Part shown: in pieces, positions 15,293-24,238 of the stretch
How positions within the stretch are numbered: the stretch's first letter is position 1
How the letters are laid out: each line of letters starts with the position of its first letter
Origin: an uncultured Gammaproteobacteria bacterium
Lineage (GTDB): Bacteria; Patescibacteriota; Patescibacteriia; Patescibacteriales; GWC2-42-12
DNA length: 64,000 nucleotides
Direction: 5' to 3'
Assembly: GCA_964431805.1 (NCBI GenBank)
Contig: CAYSKV010000001.1
Location: 61,698 to 125,697, forward strand
Made by a program: the position numbers and the translations under genes
The notes under the pieces: generated by a model
What the model was told of the DNA's origin: nothing
Seen by the model: only the letters and a program-made list of their open reading frames with translations
Database searches by the model: none

Positions 15293-17033
15293 AATTAAAA
15301 ATTGGTTTAAAAAATATTGGCGCATAATTATTATAACTATAGCGGCCGCCTGTTTTTTTATTGGTACGGCTAGTTTTAATTATTTTACGCAATCAACCGA
15401 TTTTGTTAAATGGTTGTCGCCGGACGAATCGGCTAATTATAATTTTACAAAACTTTATACTCAGGAAGGCGAGCTAACGTTTTTTGAAAGATATAATATC
15501 TTAGCTCACGACATAATTCATCCCAGGAGTATTAGAAGTGATTTCGGTTATTTAAAACCGGTAAGTTTTCTCGGTATTATTTTAATCTATGGTAAAATCG
15601 CTAGTTTAACAACTTATAAAATTATACCTTATTTAACTCCGCTTTTCGCCGCTATCGGAATTATTTTTTATTATTTATTAGTTAAAATGATTTTTGGCAA
15701 ACGTAACGCTTTAATTTCAGCTTTAATTTTAAGCGTTTTCCCGCCTTTGGTTTATTATAGCGCTCGTAGCATGTTCCATAACGTATTATTCATTGTTTTA
15801 CTTATAATCAGCCTTTATTTCGCTTGTTTATCGGTTAAAAAGAAAGAAAAAACATCAAATATAAGTAAAGCTAAGGCTGTATTTATAGATATTTTACCGG
15901 ATTTATTCGCCGGCTTAAGCGGCATTTTTTTAGGCTTAACCATCATAACTCGTTCATCAGAATTAATTTGGTTAGCCCCGGTTTTCTTAATTATTTGGTT
16001 GTTTAATATTAAAAAGTTTGGCTTTATTAAGCCGCTAATTTTTATTGCTTGTTTATTTTTTGCTCTTACTCCCGCCATGTATTGGAATAAAATATTATAT
16101 CAATCGTATTGGCGCGGCGGTTATAACGAAATGAACCAGTCTATTATAAATATTGCTGGTGCTAGTTCAAACATTTTAAAAAGCGGGGTGGTAAATTCCG
16201 AAGCGATAAAAAATAGTTTAGTAGAAATAAAAAATAATTTTTTTCATTTTGGTTGGCAACCGTATAAAAGTTTAAAGATGCTTTATTTTTATTTCGTTAA
16301 AATGTTTTATTGGATTTTTTGGCCGGCTCTTTTTGGCTTTTTGCTTTTATTTTCAAAAATAAAAAAGTGGCGCGCTAAGCATTATGTTTATTTAATTGCT
16401 TTATTTACCGCCGCGGCCATTTTAATATCTTATTATGGCAGTTGGGATTTTCATGACAACCCAGATCCTAAAAGCCGCACTATCGGTAATTCTTATACTC
16501 GTTATTGGCTGCCGATTTACCTGGGCGCTATTCCTTTGGCTGTTATTTTTCTAGTTAAACTATCAAATTTATTTAGGAAAAAAATATTAATTTATAGTTT
16601 TCGCGTCTTAATGATTTTATTGGTATTTTTTATTTCCATTAGATTTGTTTTAATCGGCTCCGAAGAGGGTTTAATAAAAACGGCTAAAAAACAACTAACG
16701 GTTCGCGCTGAATATGAACAAGTATTAAAATTAACCGAGAATAACAGCGTTATCGTTACCCAATATCACGATAAGTTTTTATTTCCAGCCAGAAAAGTTA
16801 TTGTTGGCTTATTTGATGATCCTAATATGACGAAAGAATATGCGGTTTTAGCTAAAAAATTACCGGTTTATTACTATAATTTTACTTTCCCGGAAAAAGA
16901 TATTAATTATTTAAATAATAAAAAATTACCTGAGTTTAGTTTAAAGATAGAGGCCGTGGAAAAAGTTACTAAAGATTTTACGCTATATCGCTTATTGCCG
17001 GTAATCGCGACAACAACGCAAGCGATAAAATAG
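15282..17033 (+). CDS. GT-C type (ArnT/PMT-like) membrane glycosyltransferase
   Basis: 583 aa, polytopic. Acidic first-loop motif (SPDESANY) and a C-terminal soluble domain. Family-level call only. Confidence 0.5.
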   Translation: MRYKIKNWFKKYWRIIIITIAAACFFIGTASFNYFTQSTDFVKWLSPDESANYNFTKLYTQEGELTFFERYNILAHDIIHPRSIRSDFGYLKPVSFLGIILIYGKIASLTTYKIIPYLTPLFAAIGIIFYYLLVKMIFGKRNALISALILSVFPPLVYYSARSMFHNVLFIVLLIISLYFACLSVKKKEKTSNISKAKAVFIDILPDLFAGLSGIFLGLTIITRSSELIWLAPVFLIIWLFNIKKFGFIKPLIFIACLFFALTPAMYWNKILYQSYWRGGYNEMNQSIINIAGASSNILKSGVVNSEAIKNSLVEIKNNFFHFGWQPYKSLKMLYFYFVKMFYWIFWPALFGFLLLFSKIKKWRAKHYVYLIALFTAAAILISYYGSWDFHDNPDPKSRTIGNSYTRYWLPIYLGAIPLAVIFLVKLSNLFRKKILIYSFRVLMILLVFFISIRFVLIGSEEGLIKTAKKQLTVRAEYEQVLKLTENNSVIVTQYHDKFLFPARKVIVGLFDDPNMTKEYAVLAKKLPVYYYNFTFPEKDINYLNNKKLPEFSLKIEAVEKVTKDFTLYRLLPVIATTTQAIK

Positions 17034-17050
17034 ATTTTATAAATATTTTT

Positions 17051-18181
17051 ATGGAAAACACAAAAAAAATAAATCGTATTGGCATAGACGCTCGGTTTTA
17101 CGGCCCAATAGGCAAGGGGTTGGGTAGATATACCCAGGAAGTTGTTGATAACATAATAAAGCTTGATCAAAAAAATAAGTACATTATATTTTTGCGTAAA
17201 GAAAATTTTTCTGATTTTAAATGTGATGACGTAAGAATAAAGAAAGTATTGGCTAATATAAAATGGTACGGTTTAAGCGAACAGATAATTTTTCCTTTTT
17301 ACATTCTTCGCGAGCGGTTAGATCTAATGCATTTTCCGCATTTTAATGTACCGATTTTTTGCCCGGTTAAATTTATTGTCACTATTCACGATTTAATTTT
17401 AATAAAATTTCCGACTTTGCGCGCCACTACTTTAGGGCCGGTCGTTTATAAAATAAAAAATTTAGCTTATAAAATTGTGATTTCATTAGCGGTTAAGCGA
17501 GCTATGAAAATTTTAGCGGTTTCAGAATATACAAAAAAGGCTGTTGTCGAACAATTTAAAGTTGATTCTAAGAAGGTCGTTGTAACTTATGAAGGCGTAG
17601 CCGAATTTTTAAAAACCCCTTTTAGTAAAGACAAAGAAAGTAATTTTAATAATAAACCTTATTTATTATATGTCGGCAATGGTTACCCGCATAAAAACTT
17701 AGAAGGTTTAATAAAAGTTTTTTCCGAAATAAATAAAACTAGACCAGAATTAAAATTAGTTTTAGTCGGCAAAGAAGATTATTTTTATAGTCGATTAAAA
17801 CAATACGCTAAAAATTTTTCTAATAACATTATTTTCCCTGGTTATGTTTCTGATGATAAGTTAAAAGAGTTATACGCTAACGCGGCTCTTTATATTTTCC
17901 CATCGTTTTATGAAGGCTTTGGCTTGCCGCCGCTTGAAGCTATGGCGCATGGCTTAACGGTTGTAAGTTCGGATAAAACTTGCTTACCGGAAATACTCGG
18001 TGAAGCTGCTTTATATTTTAACCCTGACGATGAAATGGATATGAAAAATAAAATTGAGCAAGCGTTGGCTAATGAAAAATTGCGTGAGAATTTAATAAAT
18101 AGGGGATATGAGCAGATAAAAAAATATAGTTGGAAAGATTGTGCGGAGAAAACATTAGAGGTTTATAAAAATAGTTTATAA
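17051..18181 (+). CDS. Glycosyltransferase family 1
   Basis: EGFGLPPLEAMAHGLTVVSSD; GT4-like N-terminal region. Confidence 0.85.
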   Translation: MENTKKINRIGIDARFYGPIGKGLGRYTQEVVDNIIKLDQKNKYIIFLRKENFSDFKCDDVRIKKVLANIKWYGLSEQIIFPFYILRERLDLMHFPHFNVPIFCPVKFIVTIHDLILIKFPTLRATTLGPVVYKIKNLAYKIVISLAVKRAMKILAVSEYTKKAVVEQFKVDSKKVVVTYEGVAEFLKTPFSKDKESNFNNKPYLLYVGNGYPHKNLEGLIKVFSEINKTRPELKLVLVGKEDYFYSRLKQYAKNFSNNIIFPGYVSDDKLKELYANAALYIFPSFYEGFGLPPLEAMAHGLTVVSSDKTCLPEILGEAALYFNPDDEMDMKNKIEQALANEKLRENLINRGYEQIKKYSWKDCAEKTLEVYKNSL

Positions 18182-18186
18182 TAATT

Positions 18187-18227
18187 TAAAAAAAGAGAAC
18201 CGAGTCGTATAGACCTCGGTTCTTTTA
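18187..18227. terminator. Bidirectional rho-independent terminator
   Basis: AGAACCGAG (18196-18204) pairs with CTCGGTTCT (18215-18223). An A-run lies upstream and a T-run downstream, between convergent genes. Confidence 0.8.
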
Positions 18228-18260
18228 ATTGTTACCTCCTAATTTTGCCAGCGGGTGATT

Positions 18261-19100
18261 TCACCCTACGGCCGATAATTTTTCGATTCGGAAGACTTTC
18301 TCAACCCCTATTGCCTCCAATTTGAAGGAAGTGGTTTTCTCGCCTTCGTTGAGATGGGGGATGGTCAAGTTTTTATATTTGACGATTTCTCCCTTCTCGA
18401 ACGTAACCCATTCATGCTGGACGACGAGATTTCTTCTGTGAAATCTGGCGATGCCGGTAGCCGTAGCCAGCGCGCCGATACCGTTTGCCTCGTTCCACCA
18501 GATTACCCGACCTTGCTTTGTTACCAAACCTTCAGTCGTAATAGCCGGTTTAGGTTCATAACTTTTCGTCGATGCGAGATAGCTGGGCTTAATCAACCCT
18601 TGCAGGATTTTTCTCAGTGATTCCCAAGCCGGCATAGCAGGAACCACAACCTTATTCCCCTTACGAAATGCATATTCGTCCCATACGGGTTGCGTGGAAA
18701 GATAAAATACTCCTCCACGCTTGGTAATGGCTATCTCCCAGATCCGGAAATGGCCAGTTACTAAAATCTCCAGCAACTTGAAATGATTATCCGGATACTT
18801 CGTGTATGGGCCTTTGGTGCCGCCATCAAACACCGGAATATTGCGGATGTATATTTTGATATTATCTTCTTCTGAGTGGTCACGTTTTAAAGTGACATCC
18901 AGCTGCCCGACTCTTTCCAAACCGTAAAATTTGCCGAAAGAACAAGCGGCCTGGTTAATGGTTAGTGTAACAGCGATTGTGCCCGGCGTTAAAACGCCGA
19001 GATATCCGTTTTCCAGAACTTTGATTTCTCTTCCTTTCTTATCCCTCAAAATAATTTCCACACCTTTACCAATTTCTTCAATAATCCTTGAGTCAATCAT
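18261..19100 (-). CDS. Hypothetical protein, GC-rich foreign-looking gene with possible C-terminal cold-shock-like OB fold
   Basis: 279-aa ORF. Sample lines give 40-57% GC against ~30% background. Strong SD (GGAGGA, 5-nt spacer). The C-terminal GRVIWWNEANGIGAL..ARFHRRNLV..FEKGEIVKY resembles the CSD pattern. Confidence 0.7.
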   Translation of the reverse strand: MIDSRIIEEIGKGVEIILRDKKGREIKVLENGYLGVLTPGTIAVTLTINQAACSFGKFYGLERVGQLDVTLKRDHSEEDNIKIYIRNIPVFDGGTKGPYTKYPDNHFKLLEILVTGHFRIWEIAITKRGGVFYLSTQPVWDEYAFRKGNKVVVPAMPAWESLRKILQGLIKPSYLASTKSYEPKPAITTEGLVTKQGRVIWWNEANGIGALATATGIARFHRRNLVVQHEWVTFEKGEIVKYKNLTIPHLNEGEKTTSFKLEAIGVEKVFRIEKLSAVG

Positions 19101-19242
19101 AGAGTTCCTCCGAAAAATAGTTATCCTGCTTGGGTTGGTTATTTGGTTAACGTTTTATTTACTTTGCAAAAGAACAATTGTAACTTTTTATAATAACATA
19201 TTGTATCAAATATGTCAATAATTGTAAAATAAATAAATATAT

Positions 19243-19272
19243 TTGTCTGAAAATATTTATTTATGTTATAAT
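19243..19272 (+). promoter_or_regulatory. Promoter TTGTCT-18 nt-TATAAT with TG extension (TGTTATAAT)
   Basis: Located about 45 nt upstream of ATG 19318. Confidence 0.45.
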
Positions 19273-19317
19273 AATGTTGATAACTGAACCAAAATTTTTT
19301 TTGTTTTAAGAAATTAA

Positions 19318-22056
19318 ATGTCTTCAAATAAATTCCAAAATTTAAAAGTTAATTCGGACGTAAAATCGTCTCGTTTTGTTATAGATTTAAAGAAAGATTT
19401 AGAGCAAAATAACAACATTAAAGAAGTAAAAAAACGAAGTATAGAAACAAGGGTAGAGGAGAGGCTCGAGAAAATAGCTGAAATTGATTACAAAGGAGCT
19501 TTAAAAAAGGGGAAAGATAAAAGTGGGGCTTATTTTTCTAGTATAAAGAAAACCTTAAAATCAGAAATTTTTTCATTGCCAAAAATCTCTCTCAACGTTA
19601 AAAAAGATCATGAAAAAAAGAGTAAACTTTCCGCATCGCCAGTCGCGCATAGCAATAGTTATTTAATTTTCTTATCAAATCAACTAACGCTTATTGGTTT
19701 AGGAAAATTATTATATATTGTTTTAAAAAAAGTCTTTATTCTATTTTATAAAATTTGTTACGCGGCTGGTTGGGTAATAATGTTTATTTTAAGATTAGTT
19801 TACTTTTTTGTTTTAGCTATAATTAAACCGATTATTAAAATCGTAAAACCTTTATTTTTTAAATCCCAAGTCGCTCTTTCCGGAACTTTACATGCTTTAC
19901 CAACCGGCTACCATTTAACGCAATCCGTTACTTTAGCCGCATCTGCAAAATTATTACATGGATTTAAAACGCGAGCAAAAGAAAAAAGAGAGAATACCGA
20001 ATCATTCAGAACAGAACCGATATATAACACTAAGTTTGCTTTATTAAAGCCAGTTTTAGTCTTCGCCGGCATATTATTAATTATAATTTTACCGGTTAAA
20101 GCGTTTACTTATTATAAAGTTATTGATGATGCTAAGGGTAAAGTTTTAGGCGCTAGCGAAAGCGCTATAGATGATTTAATTTCTGCAGGACAATCGGCGT
20201 TAGGTTTAAATTTTAATCAAGCCGGGCAAGGCTTTGAAAACGCCAGCAATAATTTTTTAAACGCGCAAAATGAACTCGAAAAAATTAATGGTTTAATATT
20301 TTCTATAGCTTCAATTTTACCTGACAAAAATATGCAGCTAGCCGCCGCCAGTAAAAATATTTTGCGCGCCGGCGAAGCGAGCGCTAATGCGGGTAAAAAT
20401 TTAAGCTTAGCCATGGAAAGTATTTTTAGTTATAAAGAAAATAGCACTAATAGTATTTTAGAAAATTTAAGTTTACATGGACATAACGCCATAAATAATT
20501 TAACTGAGTTAGACGAGGCATTAAATCAAATAGATAGCGAAGTCATTCCGGAAGATTACCAAAACCAATTTATTTTATTAAAACAAAAAACCGGCGAACT
20601 TAAACGCGGCTTAGCGGAATTTATTAACTTAACTGATAGCTTGGGCGATTTTTTAGGCGCCAGCATGGATAAGCGTTATTTATTAGTCTTCCAAAATAAT
20701 TCTGAACTGCGCGCTTCGGGCGGCTTTATCGGCAGTTTTGCTTTAATAGATTTTTCTAAAGGCGAGATTAAAAATATAGAAGTGCCGGGCGGCGGCAGTT
20801 ATGATACCGAAGCGGGTTTCTTAAAAAAAATAAAAGCGCCAGAACCTTTAGGATTAGTTAGAGCTGATTGGCATTTCTGGGACGCTAACTGGTGGCCTGA
20901 TTGGCCGACTTCGGCGTCTAAATTGGCTTGGTTTTATGAAAATTCCGACGGCTCAACGGTTGATGGCGTGATTAGCTTTACACCTACAGTAATTGAAAAT
21001 TTATTAAAAATAATTGGCCCGATAGATTTAAAAGATAAATATGGTTTAGTTATTGATGCAGATAATTTTTGGCTAGAAACGCAAAAATTAGCCGAGCAAA
21101 AACCAGACATAACTAAAGAGCCTAAAAAGATAATCGGCGATTTAATGAATAAAATTATTGAGGAGTTGCCTAAACGATTAAATAAAGATAATCTAGTGCC
21201 TTTATTTAAAACGATTGAAAAATCGTTAGCTAGTAAAAACATTTTATTTTATTTTACGGACGAAAGCTTAGAGGCTAAAGTTGATGATTTAGGTTGGAGC
21301 GGTAGAATCAAAAACACAACCGGTGATTATTTAAATGTGATTAATTCTAATATTGCTGGCGGTAAGAGCGATCGAAAAGTTAAACAACAAATTATTCATC
21401 AAGCCGAGGTTCAGCTGGATGGCTCAATTATAGATAATTTAATTATTAGACGCGCTCATGAAGCAGTAAATCGCGAGCTATTTTCTGGCGTTAGAAACGT
21501 TGATTGGTTAAGAATTTATGTGCCGCTCGGATCCGAGTTACTAGAAGTTAGCGGTTTTAAACCGGTAGATAAAATATTTTTTGATAAAGAAATCGCTGGC
21601 CTAACCGACGACCCGGAAGTTTTAGCTAGCGAAGGCCAGGCGCAAACCGACGAATCGAGCGGTACAAAAATTTACAACGAGTTTAATAAAACCGTTTTTG
21701 CTAATTGGTCGCAACTAGACCCAGGAGAAACTATTGAAATTAAAATAAAATATAAATTACCTTTTAAATTAACCGATAAAAAACAACCAGCCAGTCAAGA
21801 ATTTGCAAATCAGTTACTTGAAAAATTTGGTTCAATTTTAAATCCAAGGGAGAAAAATTTATATTCATATTCTTTGCTAGTGCAAAAACAACCAGGCATG
21901 AATTCGTCGACTATAGAGAGCGAGCTAAGATTAGGCGATAACTTTAAATCAATCTGGAAATACCCGAATAATTTAAATTCTAATTTAAATGGCTGGTCAA
22001 TAACCGAAGATTTAAACCAAGACGAAATAATGGCTATAATGGCAGAGGAAAAATAA
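19318..22056 (+). CDS. DUF4012 domain-containing membrane protein
   Basis: FQNNSELRASGGFIGSFALIDFSKGEI core motif. N-terminal hydrophobic segments. Paralogue of the fragment at 2-487. Confidence 0.8.
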   Translation: MSSNKFQNLKVNSDVKSSRFVIDLKKDLEQNNNIKEVKKRSIETRVEERLEKIAEIDYKGALKKGKDKSGAYFSSIKKTLKSEIFSLPKISLNVKKDHEKKSKLSASPVAHSNSYLIFLSNQLTLIGLGKLLYIVLKKVFILFYKICYAAGWVIMFILRLVYFFVLAIIKPIIKIVKPLFFKSQVALSGTLHALPTGYHLTQSVTLAASAKLLHGFKTRAKEKRENTESFRTEPIYNTKFALLKPVLVFAGILLIIILPVKAFTYYKVIDDAKGKVLGASESAIDDLISAGQSALGLNFNQAGQGFENASNNFLNAQNELEKINGLIFSIASILPDKNMQLAAASKNILRAGEASANAGKNLSLAMESIFSYKENSTNSILENLSLHGHNAINNLTELDEALNQIDSEVIPEDYQNQFILLKQKTGELKRGLAEFINLTDSLGDFLGASMDKRYLLVFQNNSELRASGGFIGSFALIDFSKGEIKNIEVPGGGSYDTEAGFLKKIKAPEPLGLVRADWHFWDANWWPDWPTSASKLAWFYENSDGSTVDGVISFTPTVIENLLKIIGPIDLKDKYGLVIDADNFWLETQKLAEQKPDITKEPKKIIGDLMNKIIEELPKRLNKDNLVPLFKTIEKSLASKNILFYFTDESLEAKVDDLGWSGRIKNTTGDYLNVINSNIAGGKSDRKVKQQIIHQAEVQLDGSIIDNLIIRRAHEAVNRELFSGVRNVDWLRIYVPLGSELLEVSGFKPVDKIFFDKEIAGLTDDPEVLASEGQAQTDESSGTKIYNEFNKTVFANWSQLDPGETIEIKIKYKLPFKLTDKKQPASQEFANQLLEKFGSILNPREKNLYSYSLLVQKQPGMNSSTIESELRLGDNFKSIWKYPNNLNSNLNGWSITEDLNQDEIMAIMAEEK

Positions 22057-22203
22057 AGCCTTTGAAAACTTTTTCAAAAAAAGTTTTCAATACTTTCCCC
22101 GCCTAAGCGGGATAAACAAAAAATATAACGTATCAAATTAAAATTTAATGGCCGTAGAGTTCTACTCGCTATTAAATTTTAATTTGATTATAATAAATAT
22201 TAT
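22057..22203 (+). repeat. Two-hairpin intergenic module, copy D (loop of hairpin 2 inverted; extra CCCGC-CTAA-GCGGG mini-hairpin)
   Basis: Hairpin 1: TTGAAAACTTTTT / AAAAAGTTTTCAA. The hairpin 2 (22130-22189) loop ATGGCCGTAGAGTTCTACTCGCTAT is the exact reverse complement of the copy E loop. Confidence 0.9.
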
Positions 22204-24225
22204 ATGAAAAACAACGAAATAAAAATAAAACAAGGTTCATCGAGTTTATCAGAATTTGTGCAACGACCAATTGCTTCTGATGAAGAAGTTGAAGCTTTTG
22301 ATGAATATGCCGAAAACGAAGCGAAAGAAGAGGAAATAAAAGAAAGCCTAACGAAAATTTACCAAGATGATGACGGTAATAGAGTTGATGTTAAAAAGAT
22401 GATAATTAAGCAAAAGCGCGGTTTACTCTTTAACTTATTTACCTTTTTAGTTGTTTTATTTGTTTTCGCCGGCGCAATTTACGGCGCTTATAACTATATT
22501 TATTTAAAAATTATTAACAGCAAATTATCGGCCACACTTGAGTTTGAAGCTAAAAAAGAAGTAGTTGCTGGCGAAGAATTTTATTATAACCTTAACTATA
22601 AAAATGAAGATAAGGTTAGCTTTGGGAAAATTGAAATAAAAGTTCAATACCCGGATAATTTTATATTTTTAAGTAGCGAACCAGCGCCGACAAAAAATAA
22701 TAATATTTGGGAAATAGCTAATCTTGATCCGCATCGCAGCGATGTCATACGCATAAAAGGCAAATTGGCCGGACCGCTAGACTCAACTAATATTATTTTA
22801 GCTGATATGACCTATACGCCGCAAAATTTTTCTAGCGAATTTAAAAAATCAACTAGTTTTGAAACTAAAATAAATGACACTGGGCTTGATTTTTCATTTA
22901 CTAATTCTTCAAGCGCCGTAGTTAACGAAACTAATGAAATTATAGTAAAATTTAAACCTAAAACTGAAAATTATATTGATAATTTCCGTTTAAACATTGA
23001 ATACCAGGAAGAAGTGGAAATAATTAATACTGAATCAACTAGCCAGGCCAGCGCTCAAACAGCTTCAAGTTCACCCGCCGGCCAAGTAAATCCTCCGGTT
23101 GGTTTAATAATAGCTTCAAGTAGCCCAAACACTTGGCTTTTAAGCAACTTTAATAAGGACAGTAATGAATTTAAAATTAAGTTTAAAATTAAAGAAAAAA
23201 AACAGCCGAGCCTTAATATTAAGCTAAAATTTGAATTACCGGAACAAACTTCTAATTCATTAGGCGAGCAGGCAAACTTACCAATAAAATATCATTCTTT
23301 TTTTGAAAAAGATTTTATTTATGACGTGATAAAAGGGGATTTAAATATAAATTTAATAATTAATGGTTCGCCGCTTGACCAGGGCACAGATTTCGGCAAA
23401 ACTTTAAATTACTCTATTAATTATGCTAATAAGGGAGACACCGCCATGAAAGATGTTTTATTAATGGTGATTTTAGAAAGTGATTTTCTTGATTGGCAAA
23501 CTTTAAGCGATCAAAGTAAAGGAACATTAAGCGGCAATACTATTAGTTGGAGCAAGCAAGAGATCCCAGTTTTAGCTGAATTGGCCAGCGGCGCTGAAGG
23601 CGTGATTGATTTCTCAATAAAATTAAAAAACCAATCAGAAATTGATTTAAGCAAAGCCTACCAAGTTAAAAGTTATGTGCAATATAGTATCGGAGGTAAA
23701 AGCGTTTCAGCCGATAGCCAAAGCAATACTATAATTAATAAAATCAACAGCGATTTAAATTTATCGGAACAAGTAAGATATTTTAATGATGATAATATTG
23801 CGGTTGGCTCAGGACCTTTACCGCCTAAAGTTGGGCAAAGCACTAGTTTAAAAGTTTATTGGTCAATTAATAATAATTTACATGAATTAAATGATTTGCA
23901 AGTTAGAGTAACCTTGCCAGCCAATGTAAGATGGGATAATAAAAATAGAACGTCCTATGGATTATTAAATTATGATAGCCAAGCCAATCAAGTTGTTTGG
24001 CAATTAGGCCGTCTGCCGACTACGGTTTATAAAGCTGACGCCGAATTTAATATAAGCGTTAACCCGATTGAATCTGACAGAAATAAAATTATGATAATTT
24101 TACCCGGCACTAATATAACTGCTATAGATACTGAAACCGGCGTGCAAATTAATAAAACCTTAAAAGCTAAAACTACTAAGCTAGAAGATGATAACATGGC
24201 CAGTAGCGACGGCATTATAGAATAA
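22204..24225 (+). CDS. Membrane-anchored surface protein with DUF11/CARDB-like repeat domains
   Basis: One N-terminal TM (LLFNLFTFLVVLFVFAGAIYGAY). Repeat signature LNYSINYANKGDTAMKDVLLMVIL. Family call is tentative. Confidence 0.55.
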   Translation: MKNNEIKIKQGSSSLSEFVQRPIASDEEVEAFDEYAENEAKEEEIKESLTKIYQDDDGNRVDVKKMIIKQKRGLLFNLFTFLVVLFVFAGAIYGAYNYIYLKIINSKLSATLEFEAKKEVVAGEEFYYNLNYKNEDKVSFGKIEIKVQYPDNFIFLSSEPAPTKNNNIWEIANLDPHRSDVIRIKGKLAGPLDSTNIILADMTYTPQNFSSEFKKSTSFETKINDTGLDFSFTNSSSAVVNETNEIIVKFKPKTENYIDNFRLNIEYQEEVEIINTESTSQASAQTASSSPAGQVNPPVGLIIASSSPNTWLLSNFNKDSNEFKIKFKIKEKKQPSLNIKLKFELPEQTSNSLGEQANLPIKYHSFFEKDFIYDVIKGDLNINLIINGSPLDQGTDFGKTLNYSINYANKGDTAMKDVLLMVILESDFLDWQTLSDQSKGTLSGNTISWSKQEIPVLAELASGAEGVIDFSIKLKNQSEIDLSKAYQVKSYVQYSIGGKSVSADSQSNTIINKINSDLNLSEQVRYFNDDNIAVGSGPLPPKVGQSTSLKVYWSINNNLHELNDLQVRVTLPANVRWDNKNRTSYGLLNYDSQANQVVWQLGRLPTTVYKADAEFNISVNPIESDRNKIMIILPGTNITAIDTETGVQINKTLKAKTTKLEDDNMASSDGIIE

Positions 24226-24238
24226 AGATGATTTTAGT

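Noticed and set aside
22130-22189. Hairpin-2 loop flip as a classical invertase-driven inverton.
   Set aside because: The invertible core would be only ~25 bp, too short for recombinase-mediated looping, and no invertase gene is present. A template-switch event or reversed insertion is more plausible.
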